The notes: generated by a model not told the origin, from the letters alone. A stretch of 64,000 nt of DNA from Paracoccaceae bacterium (GCA_003567315.1 PWZT01000088.1:25610-89609); one strand, 5' to 3'. Counted from the first letter of the stretch, positions 29,606 to 38,702 are shown. Translations and numbers: made by a program.

Positions 29606-30471
29606 GCATTGCCGAGAACCAGTCGCGTATATCGGAGAGCCAGCCGCTATATGACGCCGATGATCTTAAACGCTTACGCGCAGCCCGGTTCGAGCGTTTC
29701 GGCCGCTGGCTTCTGCCAGTGGTGGTGCTGATCGCCGCGATCTGGCTTTGGGACCGGATCGTTGTATGGAACGAGATCCCGCATTTCATCCTGCCGCGCC
29801 CCGGTCTGGTGATGCAAACGCTGATAAGCGACTGGCCCATGCTGTTCAGTGCGCTGATGATCACCTTGCAGATCACGATGATGGCGCTGGCCGTCGCTGT
29901 TATCGGCGGGGTCGGGCTGGCGGTGCTGTTCACGCAAAGCCGTCTGGTCGAGATGTCGTTCTACCCCTATGCGGTCATTATGCAGGTCACTCCGGTGGTC
30001 GCCATCGCGCCCCTGATCTTCATCTATGTGGACAGCCGCACTGCGGGGCTGCTGCTCTGCGCTTGGCTGGTCGCGTTCTTTCCGGTGCTCGCCAACACCA
30101 CGCTGGGGCTGAATTCGGCCGATCACAACCTGCGCGACCTGTTCCGCATCTACGGCGCCTCGCGCTGGCAGACGCTTCGCTACCTGCGCCTGCCCTCGGC
30201 GCTGCCCTATTTCCTGGGGGGCTTGCGCATCGCCGGGGGGCTTGCGCTGATCGGCGCGGTGGTCGCGGAGTATGTCGCGGGCACGGGTGGTCATGGTTCC
30301 GGCCTCGCGTTCCGCATTCTGGAAGCCGGGTATCGCCTGAACATCCCGCGTATGTTCGCCGCCCTGATCCTGATTGCCGTCACTGGGGTGATCATCTTCG
30401 CGGGTCTGTCGTTTCTCAGCCACATGCTGCTACGTAAATGGCACGAGAGCGCCGTGAAGCGAGAGACATGA
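29602..30471 (+). CDS. ABC permease (TauC/SsuC type)
   Basis: Multiple TM segments; EAA-like LFRIYGASRWQTLRYLRLPSALP. Confidence 0.92.
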   Translation: MSIAENQSRISESQPLYDADDLKRLRAARFERFGRWLLPVVVLIAAIWLWDRIVVWNEIPHFILPRPGLVMQTLISDWPMLFSALMITLQITMMALAVAVIGGVGLAVLFTQSRLVEMSFYPYAVIMQVTPVVAIAPLIFIYVDSRTAGLLLCAWLVAFFPVLANTTLGLNSADHNLRDLFRIYGASRWQTLRYLRLPSALPYFLGGLRIAGGLALIGAVVAEYVAGTGGHGSGLAFRILEAGYRLNIPRMFAALILIAVTGVIIFAGLSFLSHMLLRKWHESAVKRET

Positions 30472-31742
30472 TGGATTTCAAGACGCTGCCTGCTGCTGGC
30501 CCGTTCAGGCTGGAGAATGTAACTGTGCCCGCCTGCCTTCTGGGAAAGGAGGGCGGGCTGGTCCGCCATGCGGTGACCATCGACGGTGGCAAACTTTCGG
30601 ACGCGCCTGATGTGCCGGTGATCGATATGGGCGGGGCGATGGTGCTGCCCTGCTTCATCGACATGCATACGCATCTGGACAAGGGTCATATCTGGCCGCG
30701 CAGCCCCAACCCGGACGGCAGTTTCATGGGCGCGCTGACCACGGTCGCTGCCGACCGCGAGGCGAACTGGAGCGCCGAGGATGTGCGCGCGCGCATGGAT
30801 TTTGCGCTGCGCTGCGCCTTCGCGCATGGCACACGCGCCATCCGCACCCATATCGACAGCCTTGCCCCACAGGACGCGATTTCCTGGCCGGTCCTTGCCG
30901 AGCTGCGCGCGAAATGGGCCGGGCGGATTGCGTTGCAGGGGGCATCGCTGGCCGGGATCGACCGCGCGGATCTGAACGGCGACTACGCGCGCACGGCGGA
31001 TATTGTCGCCGAACATGGCGGTGTGCTGGGCATGGTCACCTACCCCGTGGACGGGTTGAAGGACCGCCTGCGCCAACTGTTCCAACTGGCCATCGCGCGC
31101 GATCTGGAACTGGATTTCCATGCCGACGAGTCGGGCGACCCGAATGCGGCGACCCTGCGCGCGATTGCCGAGGTTGCGCTGGAGACAGGCTTTGCCCGGC
31201 CCATCACGGTCGGCCATTGCTGCTCGCTCGCAGTCCAACCCGAGGCCGAGGCGCTGGACTCGCTTGATCTGGTGGCGCGCGCGGGGCTGAACATCGTGTC
31301 GCTGCCGATGTGCAACATGTATCTGCAGGACCGCACGCCCGGGTGCACGCCGCGCTGGCGGGGGATCACGCTGGTCCATGAGATGAAAGCACGCGGCATC
31401 AATGTGAGTTTTGCCTCCGACAATACCCGCGATCCGTTCTATGCTTACGGCGATCTCGACATGCTCGAGGTGCTGCGCGAAGCGACGCGGATCGCCCATC
31501 TCGATCATTCAGATCCCGACTGGATCAACGCCTTCCTGACCAACCCCGCGCGCGCCTGCAGCCTCGATGCGCCCAGCCTTGCGCCCGGCGCGCCTGCTGA
31601 TCTGATCATCCTGCGCGCGCGCAGCTGGACCGAGGCGCTGGCGCGCCCGCAATCCGACCGGATCGTGTTGCGGGCGGGGCGCGCGATTGACCGATCGCTT
31701 CCTGATTATGCCGAGCTTGACCATCTGACGAGGACGCCATGA
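30468..31742 (+). CDS. Amidohydrolase-superfamily deaminase (cytosine deaminase-like; substrate uncertain)
   Basis: DMHTHLDK, FHADES, GHCCSL, ASDNTRDPFY metal-binding motifs. Confidence 0.88.
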   Translation: MMDFKTLPAAGPFRLENVTVPACLLGKEGGLVRHAVTIDGGKLSDAPDVPVIDMGGAMVLPCFIDMHTHLDKGHIWPRSPNPDGSFMGALTTVAADREANWSAEDVRARMDFALRCAFAHGTRAIRTHIDSLAPQDAISWPVLAELRAKWAGRIALQGASLAGIDRADLNGDYARTADIVAEHGGVLGMVTYPVDGLKDRLRQLFQLAIARDLELDFHADESGDPNAATLRAIAEVALETGFARPITVGHCCSLAVQPEAEALDSLDLVARAGLNIVSLPMCNMYLQDRTPGCTPRWRGITLVHEMKARGINVSFASDNTRDPFYAYGDLDMLEVLREATRIAHLDHSDPDWINAFLTNPARACSLDAPSLAPGAPADLIILRARSWTEALARPQSDRIVLRAGRAIDRSLPDYAELDHLTRTP

Positions 31743-33139
31743 AACCCAATGTCGCTGCCGCCAAAGCCGCCTTGTCGCATCTGGAAATCGACGAAAATCC
31801 GGTCTCGATCCGCGCCAAGTCGCGTGATTTCTTCTGGTATTCGCCCGTGCTCAAGGCAAGGATGGATCATCTGGAAGGCGATTTCGTCGTGGCCCCCCGC
31901 AACGAGGCCGAAGTGATCGCAGTGCTCAAGACCTGTTACGCCCATGACGTGCCAGTGACCACGCGCGGGGCGGGCACAGGCAATTACGGGCAGGCCATGC
32001 CGATGTCGGGCGGCTGCATCCTGCATATGAAGAACATGGCCGCCGTGAAGGAAGTGCATCCGGGCCGTGTGATCGTGGAGCCGGGCTGCCTGCTCAAGGA
32101 TGTGGATGCCGAATGCAAGGCGCAGTCAGGGCAGGAATTGCGCATGTTCTCCAGCACATGGGCCACGGCGACCATCGGGGGCTTTGTCGCGGGCGGCTCG
32201 GGGGGGATAGGCTCCTGCACATGGGGCTCGCTGCGGGACTTGGGCAATATCATCCGCCTGCGCGTTGTCACGATGGAGGAAGAGCCGCGCGTCCTGGAGT
32301 TTCGCGGCGAGGAACTGGCGCGCGTCAGCCACGCCTATGGCACCAACGGCATCATCACCGAACTGGAGATGCCGCTGGCCCCGGCCTATGACTGGGTGGG
32401 GCTCTTCGTTGCCTTCGACGATTTCGATGCCGCGCTCGACTATACCGAAACGCTGGCCAATCAGGACGGCATCCTCATCAAGATCGCCAGCGTCTACGAA
32501 GCCCCCACTGCGCATAGCTATTTCCAGCGCGTGGCCCCTTATGTCAGCGAGGGCACGCATCTGGTCGGCCTGATGGTCGCGCCGCAATCCATGGACGGGT
32601 TCAACACCTTCACGGCGCGCAGACCCGAGGCGAAGATCATCTACCAATCCGGGCAGAGCGACTGGGCGCGCGATCCCGGCCCGGTCTTTGAATATGGCTG
32701 GAACCACACCACTCTGCGCGCGCTGAAGGTCGATCCAAGCATCACCTATCTGCAAGTGCGCTATGGCTATCCCAGCCATGCCGAAAAGGTTCGCGCGATG
32801 CGCAAGGCACTTTCGCCCGAAGTGTTGCAGCATCTGGAAGTCATCCGCGAGAACGGCAAGGTCATGTTCGCCGGGCTGAGCCTGGTGAAATTCACCACCG
32901 AGGACCGGCTGGACGAGATCGTGCGGATGCACGAGGACGCAGGCTGCATGATCTTCAACCCGCACCGCTTCACGCTTGAGGAAGGCGGGCGGCAGACAGT
33001 CGATGACCGGCAGTTGAATTTCAAGCGCGAGGCCGACCCCAAGGGGCTGCTCAATCCCGGCAAGATGATCGCCTGGGACGATCCGCATTGGAGCTATGAC
33101 CGGATCTATGAATATCCCGGCATGAAGGCCGCCGAGTGA
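31739..33139 (+). CDS. FAD-binding oxidoreductase (FAD_binding_4, GlcD-like fold)
   Basis: PVTTRGAGTGNYG, ATIGGFVAGGSGG, C-terminal DPKGLLNPGK. Confidence 0.85.
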   Translation: MKPNVAAAKAALSHLEIDENPVSIRAKSRDFFWYSPVLKARMDHLEGDFVVAPRNEAEVIAVLKTCYAHDVPVTTRGAGTGNYGQAMPMSGGCILHMKNMAAVKEVHPGRVIVEPGCLLKDVDAECKAQSGQELRMFSSTWATATIGGFVAGGSGGIGSCTWGSLRDLGNIIRLRVVTMEEEPRVLEFRGEELARVSHAYGTNGIITELEMPLAPAYDWVGLFVAFDDFDAALDYTETLANQDGILIKIASVYEAPTAHSYFQRVAPYVSEGTHLVGLMVAPQSMDGFNTFTARRPEAKIIYQSGQSDWARDPGPVFEYGWNHTTLRALKVDPSITYLQVRYGYPSHAEKVRAMRKALSPEVLQHLEVIRENGKVMFAGLSLVKFTTEDRLDEIVRMHEDAGCMIFNPHRFTLEEGGRQTVDDRQLNFKREADPKGLLNPGKMIAWDDPHWSYDRIYEYPGMKAAE

Positions 33140-33720
33140 TGACCCGCGCGCTCGTCCTCTTTGCCCATCCCTGCCCCGAAAGCTTCTCCGCCGCGCTGCA
33201 TACCCGCGTGGTCGAGACGCTGACGGCGCGCGGTTGGGAGGTGGATGATTGCGACCTCAATGCCGAAGGCTTCTCGCCTGTGCTGACCGAGGCCGAGCGG
33301 CGCGGCTATCACGATGTCGGCCCCAATCTCGCGCCAGTGCAGCCCTATGTGGAGCGCGTGCAGGCCGCGCAGGCGTTGGTGCTGGTCTTTCCAGTGTGGA
33401 ATTTCGGCTATCCTGCTATCCTGAAAGGGTTTTTCGACCGCGTGTTCCTGCCCGGCGTCTCCTTCCGGCTGGAAGCGGGCAAGGTGCGCCCCAACCTCAC
33501 GCATATCCGTAAGCTTGCGGCAGTTACCACCTATGGCGGCACACGGCTGCGCGCGATTCTTGCAGGCGATCCGCCGCGCCATGTGGTCAAGCGCGCGCTC
33601 TGGCATGTGACACGGCCCGAGAAACTGCGCTATCTTGCGCTTTATGACATGAACCGCGCCAGCGATGCACAGCGTGCGGGGTTTCTGGCCCATGTGGGCC
33701 GCGAGATGGAGAGGCTGTGA
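33136..33720 (+). CDS. Flavodoxin-fold NAD(P)H-dependent oxidoreductase, copy 1
   Basis: AHPCPESF, FPVWNFGYPAILKGFFDRVF. Confidence 0.88.
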   Translation: MMTRALVLFAHPCPESFSAALHTRVVETLTARGWEVDDCDLNAEGFSPVLTEAERRGYHDVGPNLAPVQPYVERVQAAQALVLVFPVWNFGYPAILKGFFDRVFLPGVSFRLEAGKVRPNLTHIRKLAAVTTYGGTRLRAILAGDPPRHVVKRALWHVTRPEKLRYLALYDMNRASDAQRAGFLAHVGREMERL

Positions 33721-34346
33721 TGCGCGCGCTTGTCGTCTATTGCCACCCCGATCCGGCGAGCTTTACAGCCGCCATCCGCGATCTGGTGCTGGCGCGGCTG
33801 GAGCGTGCGGGTGCCGAGACCCGGCTGCATGATCTTTACGCACAGGGGTTCCAGCCCTGCCTGACGCAGGCTGAATGGCAGGGCTATCTGCAAAGCCCTG
33901 AGAACCGCGCGCCTGTGGCAAATGCAACCGAGGATCTGCTGTGGTGCGATACGCTGATCTTCGTCTATCCGACTTGGTGGTATGGGCTGCCCGCGATGCT
34001 GAAAGGCTGGCTCGACCGCGTGCTTTTGCCCGAGGTGGCCTTCCTGATGCCCGACGGGGTGAACAAGACGATCCGCCCGGGGCTGGGCCATATCACGCGG
34101 ATGGGTGTGTTCACGACCTGCGGGGCAAGCCGCTGGCTGACCTTCTTCATCGGCGCGCCGGGCAAGCGCACGCTTCTGCGCGGGGTGCGGCTGCTATGCG
34201 CGCGGCGCTGCCGCACTGCCTTTGCCGCGCATTACCTCATGGACAGCTCCACACCCGAGAGCCGCAAGGCGCATCTTGCCCGCGTGGGCGCGAAGCTCGA
34301 CAAGCTGATCGGCGCGCGCAGCCAGCCTAGCGAGGTAACCGCATGA
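33717..34346 (+). CDS. Flavodoxin-fold NAD(P)H-dependent oxidoreductase, copy 2
   Basis: CHPDPASF, YPTWWYGLPAMLKGWLDRV. Confidence 0.88.
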   Translation: MMRALVVYCHPDPASFTAAIRDLVLARLERAGAETRLHDLYAQGFQPCLTQAEWQGYLQSPENRAPVANATEDLLWCDTLIFVYPTWWYGLPAMLKGWLDRVLLPEVAFLMPDGVNKTIRPGLGHITRMGVFTTCGASRWLTFFIGAPGKRTLLRGVRLLCARRCRTAFAAHYLMDSSTPESRKAHLARVGAKLDKLIGARSQPSEVTA

Positions 34347-35254
34347 GTGTTCCAATTCTCGACTGGGCCGATCATGCGCGCGACCCGGAAGGATTTGCGC
34401 GGGCGCTCGGCGCCACCTGTCGCAAAACCGGGTTCTTCCTGCTCAAAGGGCATGGCATCCCCGAGACTTTGATTGCCGAGGTGTTCCGCCACTCGGAGCA
34501 GTTCTTCGCTCAAGGCGAGGAAGCCAAGCGCCCGCTCTCCATCGCCACCAATCCACATAATCGCGGCTGGGCCTATATGGGTTCGGAATCACTCGACGAG
34601 ACATCCGGCCAGAGCGACCGCAAGGAGGCGTTCAATATCGGGCTCGATCTGAGCCCCGATGATCCGCGCGTGCTGGCGGGAGAGCCCTTTCGCGGCGTCA
34701 ATCTCTGGCCCGATCTGCCGAGGTTTCGCGATGTGATGCTCGATTATTTTAACGCGGTCTGGGAGCTTTCAGTCGCGCTGATGCAGCCGGTCGCGCGCGA
34801 TCTGGGCCTGCCCCCGCACCATTTCGCTGCTGATTTCGATGCGCCAATGGCGATCCTGCGGCTGCTGTCCTATCCGGCGGCCAGCGGCGCGGAAGGCGAG
34901 ATCGGCGCGGGCGCGCATACGGATTACGGCGCGCTGACATTGCTTCTGACCGATGGCGCGCCGGGATTGCAGGTGCGCCCGCGCGGGCAGGACTGGCAGG
35001 ATGTGCCGCATCTCGACGGGGCTTTCATCGTCAATATCGGCGATTGCCTGATGCGCTGGACCAATGACATCTATGTCTCGACCCCGCATCGCGTTCTGCC
35101 CCCGCCGCGCGCGCGCAAATCGGTGGCTTTCTTTCTCGACCCCAACCCGGATGCGCAGATTGAGGTGCTGCCGGGCACAGGCGCACCGAAATACGCCCCT
35201 GTCAGCGGGGCGGAGTATCTGCAATCGCGCCTGAGCGCGACTTACAGCACATGA
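34343..35254 (+). CDS. 2OG-Fe(II) oxygenase, isopenicillin N synthase-like family
   Basis: GFFLLKGHGI, HTDYG (HxD), NIGD, STPHRV, RKSVAFF (RxS). Confidence 0.9.
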   Translation: MSVPILDWADHARDPEGFARALGATCRKTGFFLLKGHGIPETLIAEVFRHSEQFFAQGEEAKRPLSIATNPHNRGWAYMGSESLDETSGQSDRKEAFNIGLDLSPDDPRVLAGEPFRGVNLWPDLPRFRDVMLDYFNAVWELSVALMQPVARDLGLPPHHFAADFDAPMAILRLLSYPAASGAEGEIGAGAHTDYGALTLLLTDGAPGLQVRPRGQDWQDVPHLDGAFIVNIGDCLMRWTNDIYVSTPHRVLPPPRARKSVAFFLDPNPDAQIEVLPGTGAPKYAPVSGAEYLQSRLSATYST

Positions 35255-35261
35255 GGGACTG

Positions 35262-36029
35262 ATGCGACGGCTGGACTGGGCGGATTATCGCAGCGCGGAA
35301 TATGCGCAGATCGACCCGATGCGCACCATCGCGATCCTGCCCACAGCGGCGATCGAGCAACATGGGCCGCATCTGCCAGTCGGCGTGGATATGATGATCA
35401 ATGAGGGGCTGCTGGCGCTGTTGCGGGAACGCTGCCCCGAGGACCTCGATATCCGTATCCTGCCCATACAAGCGGTGGGCAAATCCAACGAGCACCTGCA
35501 TGCGCCCGGCACGCTGACCCTGAGTGCCGAGAATGCGTTGCGGATCTGGACGGAGATCGGGCTCTCGGTCGCCCGCGCCGGGGTGCGCAAGATCGTCATT
35601 GTTAACAGCCATGGCGGCAATCTGGATCTGATTTCGATCCTCGCGCGCGAGTTGCGGGTGGAGGCGGGGATGCTGGCCGTCAAAAGCCAATGGGGCAGTT
35701 TCGGCCAGCCCGAGGGCTTGTATTCAGCCGAGGAACTCGCCTTTGGAATTCATGGTGGTGATGTGGAGACCTCGCTGATGCGCGCCTTCCGGCCCGAGCT
35801 GGTCGATATGGGCGCGACGCGGAACTTCATCTCATCCGCGCAAACTGACAGCCTGTCGCCCATCGGGCCTGTCTCCTACGGCTGGATTGCAAGCGATCTG
35901 AATGCGGCCGGCACAGTCGGCGACGCAACGCGGGCGACAGCAGAGAAGGGCCATGCGACGGCCGCGCATTACGTTGCCGGTTTCATTGATCTATTGCGCA
36001 GGGTGGCGGCGCATGATTTGCCGAGATGA
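35262..36029 (+). CDS. Creatininase-family cyclic amidohydrolase
   Basis: EQHGPHLPVGVD, NSHGGN, HGGDVETS. Confidence 0.9.
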   Translation: MRRLDWADYRSAEYAQIDPMRTIAILPTAAIEQHGPHLPVGVDMMINEGLLALLRERCPEDLDIRILPIQAVGKSNEHLHAPGTLTLSAENALRIWTEIGLSVARAGVRKIVIVNSHGGNLDLISILARELRVEAGMLAVKSQWGSFGQPEGLYSAEELAFGIHGGDVETSLMRAFRPELVDMGATRNFISSAQTDSLSPIGPVSYGWIASDLNAAGTVGDATRATAEKGHATAAHYVAGFIDLLRRVAAHDLPR

Positions 36030-36243
36030 CATGACCAAGCCGCCCGGAAATGCGCTGTGATTTCGTCCGTTTCGTCCGCACAAGTGCGTTTTTCGGGGCC
36101 GGGTGTGAAAAGGTACAGGCGTATCGTCGAAGCGTCGGCGGAAAGGACGATGAGAGATCCGCTGCATGCCCTGAACCGCAATCATAAGAGTGGCGTTCGA
36201 TCAGCGTTCGCCAAGTCAAGGAGCCGCCTGCGCAGTTGAAAGA

Positions 36244-36318
36244 TGGCTGGGGTGGTAGGATTCGAACCTACGGTACACGGTACCAAAAACCGCTGCCTTA
36301 CCACTTGGCTACACCCCA
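36244..36318 (-). tRNA. tRNA-Gln(TTG), CCA encoded
   Basis: Minus strand TGGGGTGTAGCCAAGTGGTAAGGCAGCGGTTTTTGGTACCGTGTACCGTAGGTTCGAATCCTACCACCCCAGCCA; cloverleaf with TTG anticodon and GGTTCGAATCC T-arm. Confidence 0.97.
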
Positions 36319-36329
36319 ACTGTTCGCGG

Positions 36330-36358
36330 TATTTATCCAAGCGGGCCCAAGGCTGCAA
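36330..36358 (-). promoter_or_regulatory. Candidate sigma70 promoter of tRNA-Gln
   Basis: Minus strand TTGCAG, 17 nt, TAAATA. Confidence 0.55.
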
Positions 36359-36537
36359 GCCCTTATCGCCCGAAAAACGCGAGTGACTCTCCCGAGCTCG
36401 AATGCCGCTTTGTGGGCAGGGCGGTGGCGTCACCTGCGCACCACCGCCAGAGACCTTTCGTCCCGCCCCAGTTATTCGCACGATGCACCATCAGGCACCA
36501 GATCGCCCTTTCGAACGATGGCACAGAGAGACCGTGC

Positions 36538-37968
36538 TCAGAGACCTTTCGCCCGGTAGCTCGCAGCAACGCGCTGGATTGCGACGATGAAAGCGGCGGT
36601 GCGCAAATCATGTACATCGCTTCGCATGCGCCATTCCTCCGAGATCGCCTGGTAGGCCACCCGCATCGTATCGTCGAGCCCTGAGCGAACAAGTTGCAAC
36701 TCATCCGCACCTTGCAGGTAACGCTTCTTGAAATCCGGTGCGAGCTCCCAGCCGAGTTGCTTGTCCGCAGACAGCCGCTCGAGTTCCTGCACAAGTAGCA
36801 TCGCGTGCGCTTCTTCATTGCGCCGCTGCATCCGGCCGAAGCGGATATGGCTGAGATTTTTCACCCATTCGAAATAGGAGACCGTGACCCCGCCGGCGTT
36901 TGCATAAAGGTCCGGGATGATCACGACCTCTTTTTCGCGCAGAATTTCGTCGGCACCGGCTGTTACCGGACCATTGGCGGCCTCGATGATCAAGGGTGCA
37001 CGGATTCGCGATGCGTTGTTGACATTGATCACGCCTTCGAGGGCGGCAGGGATCAGGATATCGCAGTCCTCTTCCAGAACGGATGCACCATCCTCGACAT
37101 ATTGTCCGCCATCAAAATCCTTGACGCCGCCGGTTTCCACAATCCATTCGCGCAGCTTCTCTGGATCAATCCCCGAAGTGTTGACCACCGCACCGTCGCG
37201 TTCGATCACGCCGATGATCAGCGCATCATCCTCCTCGCGTAGGAATTTTGCTGCGTGGTAACCCACATTGCCCAAGCCCTGCACAATGATGCGCTTGCCG
37301 GATAACCCACCTTTCAGGCCAGTCTTCGCGACATCATCGGGGTGGCGGAAAAACTCGCGCAGGGCGTATTGCACACCACGCCCCGTTGCCTCCACGCGGC
37401 CCTTGATGCCGCCTGCATTGAGCGGCTTTCCAGTGACGCAGGCGCGGGCATTGATGTCGGTCGTGTTCATGCGTGCGTATTGATCTGCAATCCAGGCCAT
37501 TTCGCGCTCGCTCGTACCCATGTCGGGGGCGGGCACGTTCTGCGCCGGGTTGATCAGGTCGCGTTTGGCCAGTTCATAGGCGAAACGGCGGGTGATCTGC
37601 TCAAGCTCGTGCTCCTCGTATTTCCGGGGGTCGAGGCACAGCCCGCCCTTGGAGCCGCCGAATGGTGTTTCCACCAGTGCGCATTTGTAGGTCATCAGCG
37701 AGGCCAACGCCTCGACCTCGTTTTGATTCACTTCCGGTGCGTAGCGGATACCGCCCTTCACGGGCTCCATATGCTCCGAGTGCACTGAACGATACCCGAC
37801 GAAGGTTTCGATCTTCCCGCGCAACCGCACGCCGAAGCGAACGGTGTAGGTGGAGTTGCAGATCTGGATTTTCTCGGCTAGCCCTGGTGGCAGATCGAGA
37901 TGCGCGACCGCGCGCCTGTACATCAGATCGACATTTTCGCGAAAGGCCGGTTCCCGTGTGTCGAGCAT
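36538..37968 (-). CDS. gdhA: Glu/Leu/Phe/Val dehydrogenase (probably glutamate dehydrogenase)
   Basis: KGGIRY, MTYKCA, PFGGSKGG, VPAPDMGT, ATGRGV, QGLGNVG, EAANGP, ANAGGVTVSYFEW; GGAGG RBS. Confidence 0.92.
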   Translation of the reverse strand: MLDTREPAFRENVDLMYRRAVAHLDLPPGLAEKIQICNSTYTVRFGVRLRGKIETFVGYRSVHSEHMEPVKGGIRYAPEVNQNEVEALASLMTYKCALVETPFGGSKGGLCLDPRKYEEHELEQITRRFAYELAKRDLINPAQNVPAPDMGTSEREMAWIADQYARMNTTDINARACVTGKPLNAGGIKGRVEATGRGVQYALREFFRHPDDVAKTGLKGGLSGKRIIVQGLGNVGYHAAKFLREEDDALIIGVIERDGAVVNTSGIDPEKLREWIVETGGVKDFDGGQYVEDGASVLEEDCDILIPAALEGVINVNNASRIRAPLIIEAANGPVTAGADEILREKEVVIIPDLYANAGGVTVSYFEWVKNLSHIRFGRMQRRNEEAHAMLLVQELERLSADKQLGWELAPDFKKRYLQGADELQLVRSGLDDTMRVAYQAISEEWRMRSDVHDLRTAAFIVAIQRVAASYRAKGL

Positions 37969-38108
37969 GGTTGTCCCTCCTGCTGGTGTGGCGTCTTCGC
38001 GCCGGTTGAGTTCTCTTGCGCCCATCGTAGCCAGAAGTGCGCTTAATAAAACAGCATTTTTTATTTCATTTGCTGGTTAATCGCGCAGTCCGATTTTTTC
38101 GTGACCGG

Positions 38109-38702
38109 TCAGGTGCTGATGCCGACCGCTTTGCGCACCATTTCCCAGTAAATATCCTCGACCCGCGCGAGGCTCAGCCGTCCCCCCTCGCGATACCACG
38201 TATTAACTCCCGTCAGCATTGCGATCAGCGCAAATGTGGCCAGCTTGGTGTCCGGCACGGCGAACATGCCTGCCGATTTGCCGCGCGTGAGGATCGCTTC
38301 CAGACTGGCTTCATACTCGCGCCGCATCGCCTCGATCCGGGCGAAATTCTCGGGCTCCAGATTGCGCAGCTCCATATAGGCGATGAAGACAGCATCGCTG
38401 CGCGCGCGGTGAAACCGGATATGGAAACGGGTGAAATCTTCCAGCGCGGCGACAGGGCAATCCGGTGAGGGAAGAGCGCGCAATTCAGAAAGCAAATCCT
38501 GCATATGGGTCTGCATCAGATCAAAGAGCAAGCTTTGCTTGTCGGGCGTGTAGAGATAGAGCGCGCCCACCTGCACATCGGTTGCCTTGGCGATCATCCG
38601 CATCGACACTGCCGCATAGCCATGGCGCGCAAACAGCTGCAAGGCAGCGTCGCGCATGCGTGGGCGCGTGATTTCCGCTGAAGAGTTTTTCTTCCGTGCC
38701 AT
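38109..38702 (-). CDS. TetR/AcrR family regulator
   Basis: AALQLFARHGYAAVSMRMIAK..VQVGALYLY..DKQSLL. Confidence 0.9.
   Translation of the reverse strand: MARKKNSSAEITRPRMRDAALQLFARHGYAAVSMRMIAKATDVQVGALYLYTPDKQSLLFDLMQTHMQDLLSELRALPSPDCPVAALEDFTRFHIRFHRARSDAVFIAYMELRNLEPENFARIEAMRREYEASLEAILTRGKSAGMFAVPDTKLATFALIAMLTGVNTWYREGGRLSLARVEDIYWEMVRKAVGIST

Noticed and set aside
36363-36818. 151-aa minus-strand ORF between gdhA and the tRNA
   Set aside because: It overlaps gdhA out of frame, has no motifs, and extends to within a few bases of the tRNA promoter.
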